From a candidate division WOR-3 bacterium (GTDB lineage: Bacteria; Hydrothermota; Hydrothermia; B15-G9; WFZT01): a stretch of 25,481 bases of DNA. The stretch's first letter is position 1. Each line of letters opens with the position of its first letter. The stretch is from positions 1 through 25,481 of the forward strand of contig JALUEE010000104.1 of the NCBI GenBank assembly GCA_027053075.1, in the 5' to 3' direction. Below the pieces are notes generated by a model. That model made no database searches. It was not told the DNA's origin and saw only the letters and a program-made list of their open reading frames with translations. Made by a program: the position numbers and the translations under genes. This document shows, piece by piece, positions 16,146 to 23,248 of the stretch.

Positions 16146-19100
16146 CGTTTAGTGGAAAAAGTTCCTCTCGAGACTATATACACAACCTTCTTGAGGTCTC
16201 TTAAGATGCTCTGATAGTCTGCTGTGCCCTCCTCTACCCTGTCCATCTGCTCCTCAAGAAATCTCGTAAACTCCTCACTCGTGTATTCTGGATATCTCTC
16301 CGTTAAAAACCTATAAACCTTCCGGCCAAGGGCAGTTGGAAACAAAAACTTGCCTCGCTCAACCACGTATTTTCTGTCAAGTAGCGTCTGGACAATTTTT
16401 GCATAAGTTGAAGGACGTCCGATCCCCCGCTTTCTCATTTCTTCAATGAGGGTCCCCTGGGTGTAAGGCACCGTTGCCGGTACAAACTCTAACTTTTTGT
16501 CCTTTAAAATGAATTTCTCCGGAAGTTTTACCAATTTGATTGGCTGGAGAAGGTTAAAGCCATCTTCAATGATTTCAGTGGCAACCTCCTCCGTATGCAA
16601 AATTTTGTCATCAAGTTTAAACGTGAGTTTTGCGAATTTAACCTTTGCCTCTTTCATCTGGGAAGCCATAAATCTTCGCCATATAAGACTGTAGAGACGA
16701 ACGGCATTCCATGGGTCATCGAGCTCCACCTTCCTTTCTCTTACCATAAATCTCAGCTCGTCTGGTGGAATTGGTCTCGTGGGTCTTATGCATTCGTGGG
16801 CACCCCCCTCGCCCCATTTCCTAAGTTTCAGGTACTCAGGGCCAAATTCTTCTTTTATAAATTCTGCAGCTACCCTGAATCCGGCATCGGAAACCCTTGT
16901 TGAGTCTGTTCGATGATAGGTAATGAGTCCCCTTTCAAAGAGTTCCTGCGCAAGAGACATAGTCTTCTCAGCGGAAAAGCCTAAAAAGTCAGACGCACTT
17001 CGGAGAAGCTCACCTGTGTTGAATGGAGGAGCTGGATAAACGCTTCGCACCTCGTCGGCTTCCTCTGTAACCACAATTTCATGGGCTCTTTCAAAAATCA
17101 TTCGTGCCCTGCTCTCGTCCTCAATCCGGAAAGACGTTTTAAAACCATCAAATTCAAGGGTGAGCAGCCCGACCTTCCGCTTTCTCTCATTCTCCCGTTT
17201 TATCACCCATCCGAGAACTGGGGTTTGAACCCTTCCTGCAGATAGAGACCTCAGCCCGAAAGTTTTTTGCAATTTCTGGGATAAAGAAAATCCCACCCAC
17301 CTGTCAGCTATTCTCCGCAAAATCTGCGCCTTAACAAGACTTTCGTTAACATCCCTCGGTGACTCGATAGCTTCCCTGAAGGCCCTCGGTGTTACCTCGT
17401 GGAATTCGCTTCGATGGATATTTTGATTGAACGGAAGAATATTCAGCAAAATATCCCAGGCAATCTTCTCACCCTCAGAATCAGGATCTGTGGCCACATA
17501 CACCTCATTCACTTCCATGGAAAGCCGTCTAAATGCCTCAATAATTTGCAGCTTGTCGAGATCAGGCTTTTTGCCCGAATGGCAGAGATTCTCTGTGGTC
17601 TGCTCTCCCGTCTCAGTACAGCGCTTTATCGTGGCATAGACAGGAACAAAAAATCCTTTGTTTTCTAAAACCCCATAAATCCCGCCTTTTTCCGCAAGAT
17701 CAAGGATATGACCGAGCGAGGCAGTTATGAGCATCACACGGTCCCCTAAATTAACCTCATAGGCAAGGGAATCGCCGATCCACCTCTTCTGTGGTCTGCC
17801 AAAAAATCCAGCGATTGTTCGGGCTTTGTTGGGTGATTCAACGATGACAAGCGTTGATCTTACAAGGTCTCGTCTCTCAGCCTTCACTTCGCCGCTTAAA
17901 ATTTTTCTTACCCTCTCCCTGTCGTTATCAATCTCCTTCAAAACCTTCTCAAGATCAATTTTTTCTAATTTCTCAAATTCAAACTCGTAGCTCAAAAATG
18001 TCCGGAGTCTCCTTTCGAGGCTCCTGAAGGCTTTTTTCATATAAACAAGTGAGACGGCAAGGCCTTTTGTGAGTCCACCGGCAAACAATCGCGATGTTCT
18101 GCCCGTTGCTTGGATGTATGAAGTCGCATCACCTATGGTGAAAACAATTTTGCCGTCTTTTTCAATTAAAGAGATTTCGTCCGACGAGCGGAATTTTTCT
18201 AAAACATCTGGAGAGCTAATTTTCTCCCGTATGAATTCAGCGATTTCGTTGAGTTTCTCGGCAACTTTTGGGTATTTCTCAAGCTGCTCTTCGCGGAGAT
18301 TGAAATATTTGTTAATAAATTCGGCATATTCCTCAATTTTCTCTCTCTCATCAGGCAAGGCCACGCGCAGGGGATAGACAAATCTCAAGAGATTTCGGGG
18401 CAGGATGGAATCAACGTTGGCAGGTATAAGCAATTTTGGAACTCCAAGGAAAATCGCGTATCTTATCCTCTCTGGCATATCTATTCCACGAACGAGGGGA
18501 TTTTGATGGTGGGAAAGGCCCACGAGAACTTCAGCCTCTCCGTTTCGGAATTTTTCAAAGGCATCTTTGTCATCGTACGCCAGGGCTTTCTTCCCAAGAA
18601 CCTCTTTCACCCTGTCAACCATCTCCCTGCCGAGGTCCATGGACACGTAAACGAGCCCTCCGCCGCCGAGAGTTTCAACTAAATCCGGGAGTTTTTGAAG
18701 GCCCTCTTCGAATGACTTCACTTCCATGTAGGTATCAACAACGTTTCTGATGGTAGCAGTGGATTTCTGAACGTCAAATCCAAGGAGATTTTGAAATAGA
18801 ATTACCCTTCGTGTACGGGGCTGAACAGTGGCAGAAGAGATAACGAGGACACCTTCGGGCTTCTTGAATTTCTTTTTGCCTCCAGCCATTGCGCGTTTGA
18901 TGTCTCGGTCTGTAAATCCCAGCAGTTTTACGATGTAATCAATATTTTTAGATGCCTTCAGTAGAGAGTCCACGTCATCGACAAAGATGAATTTGAACTT
19001 AAACGGAGAGACGAGATCAAAGTTTTTGTAAAGAAACATGTGCGTAGAAATCAGAATGTCGAAGTCACCGGACTTTATGCGTTCCTTGTCATCCTTTTTC

Positions 19101-19552
19101 CCTGTGTAAGCGACAATTCTTTTGTCTGTTATGCTTGATATACGCTCAAAAGCCTGTTTGACAAGGACTTTCGTGGGAACAATGATGTAAGTCTTTCCCT
19201 CTATAAACGCTGCCATTGCGAGGCCAAAAGTGGTTTTACCAACACCTGTTGGAGCGAGAATGGCAAAGGAGTTGCCAAGGATGACGCGTCTTGCCCAGGT
19301 TTCCTGCAATGCCCACGGGGCAAATCCAAATTTCTCTCTGAAAAACTCGCTGAATTTCTCTGATACTGATTTAACCCTGCAGAGGTCAGACAATCTTTTG
19401 AGTTTACCTGTTTTTTCGAGGGTTTCACAGAGAATGGTATTATCGACCGGCTCAGGCAGACAATTTGAGCACGGAAGGCCACTTTTCAGCCTTGTGTAGC
19501 TGATCGAACCGTAACAATTTGGGCATAAATTTTTAAAAATCGCGATATTCAT
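16142..19552 (-). CDS. rgy: reverse gyrase
   Basis: N-terminal Zn finger CPNC...CSNC; SF2 helicase-like APTGVGKTT, DDVD, QATGRTSR; TOPRIM VESPNKA and TDPDSEGE; SAGRVQTP; catalytic ITYHRTDS; GIGRPSTYA; 1136 aa. Confidence 0.97.
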   Translation of the reverse strand: MNIAIFKNLCPNCYGSISYTRLKSGLPCSNCLPEPVDNTILCETLEKTGKLKRLSDLCRVKSVSEKFSEFFREKFGFAPWALQETWARRVILGNSFAILAPTGVGKTTFGLAMAAFIEGKTYIIVPTKVLVKQAFERISSITDKRIVAYTGKKDDKERIKSGDFDILISTHMFLYKNFDLVSPFKFKFIFVDDVDSLLKASKNIDYIVKLLGFTDRDIKRAMAGGKKKFKKPEGVLVISSATVQPRTRRVILFQNLLGFDVQKSTATIRNVVDTYMEVKSFEEGLQKLPDLVETLGGGGLVYVSMDLGREMVDRVKEVLGKKALAYDDKDAFEKFRNGEAEVLVGLSHHQNPLVRGIDMPERIRYAIFLGVPKLLIPANVDSILPRNLLRFVYPLRVALPDEREKIEEYAEFINKYFNLREEQLEKYPKVAEKLNEIAEFIREKISSPDVLEKFRSSDEISLIEKDGKIVFTIGDATSYIQATGRTSRLFAGGLTKGLAVSLVYMKKAFRSLERRLRTFLSYEFEFEKLEKIDLEKVLKEIDNDRERVRKILSGEVKAERRDLVRSTLVIVESPNKARTIAGFFGRPQKRWIGDSLAYEVNLGDRVMLITASLGHILDLAEKGGIYGVLENKGFFVPVYATIKRCTETGEQTTENLCHSGKKPDLDKLQIIEAFRRLSMEVNEVYVATDPDSEGEKIAWDILLNILPFNQNIHRSEFHEVTPRAFREAIESPRDVNESLVKAQILRRIADRWVGFSLSQKLQKTFGLRSLSAGRVQTPVLGWVIKRENERKRKVGLLTLEFDGFKTSFRIEDESRARMIFERAHEIVVTEEADEVRSVYPAPPFNTGELLRSASDFLGFSAEKTMSLAQELFERGLITYHRTDSTRVSDAGFRVAAEFIKEEFGPEYLKLRKWGEGGAHECIRPTRPIPPDELRFMVRERKVELDDPWNAVRLYSLIWRRFMASQMKEAKVKFAKLTFKLDDKILHTEEVATEIIEDGFNLLQPIKLVKLPEKFILKDKKLEFVPATVPYTQGTLIEEMRKRGIGRPSTYAKIVQTLLDRKYVVERGKFLFPTALGRKVYRFLTERYPEYTSEEFTRFLEEQMDRVEEGTADYQSILRDLKKVVYIVSRGTFSTKR

Positions 19553-19558
19553 ATTGCA

Positions 19559-19587
19559 ATTTTACCTCCCCACCCCAAAATGTTCAA
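19559..19587 (-). promoter_or_regulatory. putative sigma70 promoter of rgy
   Basis: TTGAAC (19587-19582), 17 bp, TAAAAT (19564-19559), ending 6 nt before ATG 19552. Confidence 0.65.
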
Positions 19588-19717
19588 TGAGGATGTGAGG
19601 TTTTGATTGTTAGCTCAAAAATTATTGCTCCTCACAAACCTTGCACGTGTCGGTGGGACAACCACGAGCTTTGACGAGGGGGGAAGTCAAAGCGTCTGAA
19701 ATTTTTAAAAATACAAG

Positions 19718-19998
19718 ATGTAGCCCCTCACCTTTATCCCTGACGTCACCCACGAATTTCTGAATAATAACACCTGATCCCTTGCCACGTCTTCAAAAAG
19801 GTGTACTACGCTCAATATTTGAACATTCTTTTTATGCAGTACAAACGAATATGTCCTCCTGGCAAAATTACTGATTTTATGCGCAAAATCAAATTTCCCG
19901 CGCAGATTGCACTGTATAAATATACATGAAAAGCAAAAACATGGGTGATGTCAGACCTTTATCCTCTCCCCGCAAGAAATTTATGCGGGGAGAGGAAG
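19718..19998 (+). repeat. REP-like unit interrupted by a MITE
   Basis: ATGTAGCCCCTCACCTTTATCC (19718-19739) resumes as ACCTTTATCCTCTCCCCGCAAGAAATTTATGCGGGGAGAGGAAG (19955-19998). Confidence 0.9.
19740..19954. mobile_element. 215-bp non-autonomous miniature inverted-repeat element (MITE)
   Basis: Ends CTGACGTCACCCACG / CATGGGTGATGTCAG form a 13/15 inverted match. Flanked by perfect 10-bp direct repeat ACCTTTATCC (19730-19739, 19955-19964). No transposase ORF. Confidence 0.88.
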
Positions 19999-20195
19999 TT
20001 TTTGGAAGCAAGTCTCATTAATTTGTACTCTTTGATTCAGCCGATAGGCGCTTAAAAATAGATTTCTCTTCAAAGTATTAAGCTTCCATTACCTATCCAC
20101 TATAGCCATGGCTTCTACAATTGGAACAAGCTCGAAAGTATTCACCTTCCACTCGCAGGCTTTGCCTGTTGGGCAAAAGATATCCCAGGTAATTT

Positions 20196-20383
20196 CCCTT
20201 CCCCACGCTCCGCGTGGGAGAGGGAATTCAGGGTGGGGGCATACCGCTTAAAATCTAAAAATCAAGATGTAAGCCCTCACCCCGACCCTCTCCCGCAGAG
20301 CGGGAGAGGGAGTTTTACGGATTTTGACTGAAAATCTGCCAGATGTAGCCCCTCACCTCAATCCTCTTCCCGCATGTATTCAT
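20196..20383 (+). repeat. three-unit BIME-like REP mosaic (last unit truncated)
   Basis: Inverted unit 20196-20239, linker ATACCGCTTAAAATCTAAAAATCAAGATGT, unit 20267-20310 (11-bp stem), linker GATTTTGACTGAAAATCTGCCAGATGT, half unit 20343-20383. Confidence 0.85.
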
Positions 20384-20604
20384 AAGTTTTTTAAACAAAC
20401 CTCTTTTTTCGAACCTTTGATGTGGGACAAATACATTTGAAAATTTATAGGAGGCCGTCAAAAGCAGCCCCCTAATCCACATCGGGGATTTAATCTGTAA
20501 GTATTTACAACAATAAAAATTCCAGAAATGGAGATTTGGCAGAATAGGTGGAGAGAAATCCCGTAAAAACTTTTGATCTGAAATATTTCGAACCAATATC
20601 ATCA

Positions 20605-20633
20605 TTGTTACTGATTTTCGGATAGTTTAAAAT
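20605..20633 (+). promoter_or_regulatory. putative sigma70 promoter of the propeller-receiver-nucleotidyltransferase operon
   Basis: TTGTTA (20605-20610), 17 bp, TAAAAT (20628-20633), ending 6 nt before ATG 20640. Confidence 0.6.
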
Positions 20634-20639
20634 AAAGGT

Positions 20640-22856
20640 ATGATGGCTTTTATTCTTGTTATCCTGAGTTTTTCCATTAACTGGACCACCTTCTACAACT
20701 CCGAGATGCTGAACGGATGGGCAAGACATGGCGACACCCTTTACCTTGCCACAAATGGCGGAATTTTGCAGGCGATACTGAGAGATTCCCTGGTCATTAC
20801 AAAGAGGTTTACGAATATTGATGGTCTTAGTGAGCCTGTCATTAATTCCATAACTATTGACGAATACGGAAATGTCTGGGCTATTGGAGACCATCACGTG
20901 TTTTTCAAAAACGGGGATACTTTCGTTCCCTACAATGGGCTAAATTTTGACAACGACAGTCTCACATCCATTGCAACAGCCGGAGATTGCATTTTCATTT
21001 CCTCGATTACGGGGATAAGGATTATTTCCATGATGGGAACACCATCGGATTTTGGAGACGACCGGATTACCACATACAATAGCTATAACCTGCCAATCGA
21101 AAGTGATTCCATTCTAAAACTCAGAATAATGAGAGATACACTACTTTTTGGTACACCACGGGAGTTTTGCTACTCTCCCCTACCCGGCTTTCCAGACAGT
21201 CTCGTTCGCATCCCTTCAGACAGTCTCCCCGGTGCCTATGGAAGCCAAAAAACTATCAGGGATTTTTACAAAGGACCTCGTGTCCTTGCCATACTTACCA
21301 ACAACGCAGTCTTTTTAAGGGATTTTGAAAACAACTGGCACGTGATTCAATCCGTCAACAACGGTCGTACCTACTGGTTTTGTGGCTACCATATCATTTC
21401 GGGAATAAACAACAACGTGTATGTGGGACTTGGATGCCTTCGCGACAATGCTAATTTACCTGTTAGAATCCTTCCACTTGTTAAAATAGATTCAACAGGA
21501 AGTGCAGAGGTCATTTCACCGGATAGCCTTGTATGCGACTATCCCCCTCACGTAACTCAGGTAATCCCTATTTCTCCTGACACCCTAATCATTGGCACCG
21601 TTTGCAATCATTCATACAACCTCAATTTTAGTGAGAGAAAATGTGGGGGGATGACTTATACATATCACGACGGAACATGGACGGGCCAGAAACTTGGTCT
21701 GCTTGAGATCAACTACATTTCAGGTATTAAGAAAACCTCTGATGGAAAAATATGGTTATTTTCCTCGCTCATCTATCTACCGACCTATTACTCACGGCTT
21801 TTTTACTTTGATGGGAAAAGGTTTTATCCTTCCGGAAATTTTAATCATGTCTTTCATGACTCAACGGGAGAGCTGGATTTGCTCACTGACATTGAGGTAG
21901 ACAACACCGGGAGACTATGGGTTGCAACCAACCATAACGGGATCTTCCGCATAGATGGGGACAGTTTTGACATTCACCTCTACCCTTCCGAATTTGTCAA
22001 AACCATTGGATTTACAGGTGACAATGAGCTGGTATTCACCACGAATTCTGGTACGTTCCTTCATTCAGAGGCACAGGATACAAGGATAAGCTCGCTTACG
22101 AATGTCTATTCCATAACTCATGACCAGCAGGGGAATCTCTGGCTTGCAGATATTTCGAACGGCTTTGAGGTCTATTCTCCGTCCTATCAGCTTGTTCTGA
22201 GCTCAGCAAACTTCTTTTCTATCACGACTCATAGTTTCAGGTGTGCTGCTCACATGGGCTCCTATCATTTCCTCGGCTCAGACAATGGAATTGTTGTAAT
22301 TAACGGAGAAAAACTGGAGACCACGATTCTTCCAGGGGTTGTGATTCGAAGTCTTGCCCTCGACAGTCATGGTTATCTCTGGGCACTCACAGAGGAGGGT
22401 GTTTACGTAATAGATACAAGAGATTTTTCGATAAAATACTACTTTTCTGCGTTCAATAGCGGACTTGTGGGCAATACAAGAGATGTGGGACCAAATTTCT
22501 TTTACTACAAACTTATCCGGGATGACATTCTTGTTGATGAGAACAGTCACACTGTCTGGATAGGTTCCACCCATGGTGTTTCGGTCATCAAGACCGATCT
22601 TTACTGGAACTACGCAAATAAGGCCGCGAGTCCCATCATTTTCCCCTCGCCAGTGAAGCCCGATGACAGGTTTGTAACAATATCTGGATTAAACGACAGA
22701 GAGCGGGTATCTTTGTATAAAATGGATGGCACGAAAGTTAAAGTGGAGCTCGAGAGGGGAAAGGGATTTGTGAGATTCGTGACCAAGAATCTCTCTGCAG
22801 GTACTTATATCGTCCTCGTAGGGAATAAAAAGCTTCTTTTTTCAGTAATTAAATAG
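20640..22856 (+). CDS. secreted beta-propeller protein with T9SS type-A C-terminal domain (PorZ-like architecture)
   Basis: Signal peptide; repeated regulator-propeller motifs (FTNIDGLS..INSITIDEYGNVW, DIEVDNTGRLWVAT, SLALDSHGYLW, VWIGSTHGVS); CTD IFPSPV...LYKMDG...AGTYIV...FSVIK. Confidence 0.7.
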   Translation: MMAFILVILSFSINWTTFYNSEMLNGWARHGDTLYLATNGGILQAILRDSLVITKRFTNIDGLSEPVINSITIDEYGNVWAIGDHHVFFKNGDTFVPYNGLNFDNDSLTSIATAGDCIFISSITGIRIISMMGTPSDFGDDRITTYNSYNLPIESDSILKLRIMRDTLLFGTPREFCYSPLPGFPDSLVRIPSDSLPGAYGSQKTIRDFYKGPRVLAILTNNAVFLRDFENNWHVIQSVNNGRTYWFCGYHIISGINNNVYVGLGCLRDNANLPVRILPLVKIDSTGSAEVISPDSLVCDYPPHVTQVIPISPDTLIIGTVCNHSYNLNFSERKCGGMTYTYHDGTWTGQKLGLLEINYISGIKKTSDGKIWLFSSLIYLPTYYSRLFYFDGKRFYPSGNFNHVFHDSTGELDLLTDIEVDNTGRLWVATNHNGIFRIDGDSFDIHLYPSEFVKTIGFTGDNELVFTTNSGTFLHSEAQDTRISSLTNVYSITHDQQGNLWLADISNGFEVYSPSYQLVLSSANFFSITTHSFRCAAHMGSYHFLGSDNGIVVINGEKLETTILPGVVIRSLALDSHGYLWALTEEGVYVIDTRDFSIKYYFSAFNSGLVGNTRDVGPNFFYYKLIRDDILVDENSHTVWIGSTHGVSVIKTDLYWNYANKAASPIIFPSPVKPDDRFVTISGLNDRERVSLYKMDGTKVKVELERGKGFVRFVTKNLSAGTYIVLVGNKKLLFSVIK

Positions 22857-22867
22857 GAGGTTTGAAG

Positions 22868-23248
22868 ATGGAAAAGAAAAGACCAAAAATTCTATTTGTT
22901 GAGGATGAGAAGAATCTTTTGCTTTTGTACAGGAAGGAGTTTGAAAAGGAAGACTATGAAATTCTAACCGCCACAAGCGCAGAGGAAGGACTTGAGATTT
23001 TAGACAAGCAGCCAGATATTGACGTGGTTGTGCTTGATATAAAAATGAAGGGGATGTCTGGCCTTGAGGCACTTGCGAGAATAGCCAGGTCGCGTAAAAA
23101 TATTGGACTTATCCTCGCGACTGCTTACTCCTCATTTCAGGAGGACTTTACCTCGTGGCTTGCTGACGCTTACATTGTCAAGTCACCAGACTTTATTTCA
23201 GAGCTAAAGCGAGAAATCAAAAGGGTGCTGGAGGAAAAGAGGAAATGA
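22868..23248 (+). CDS. single-domain response regulator (CheY-like receiver)
   Basis: ILFVEDE, phosphoacceptor VVLDIKM, ATAY, IVKS. AGGAGG RBS upstream of ATG 22868. Confidence 0.9.
   Translation: MEKKRPKILFVEDEKNLLLLYRKEFEKEDYEILTATSAEEGLEILDKQPDIDVVVLDIKMKGMSGLEALARIARSRKNIGLILATAYSSFQEDFTSWLADAYIVKSPDFISELKREIKRVLEEKRK

Noticed and set aside
16142..19552. Intein or split in reverse gyrase
   Set aside because: Length of 1136 aa is ordinary, motifs are contiguous, and no intein splice-junction or LAGLIDADG motifs were seen.
20104..20127. Minus-strand peptide VPIVEAMA, reminiscent of the chorismate synthase C-terminus
   Set aside because: Only 8 residues; the flanking translation does not continue the similarity.
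20315..20897. Two minus-strand ORFs (96 and 130 aa)
   Set aside because: They overlap REP sequence and the promoter/5' end of the propeller gene; no recognisable features.
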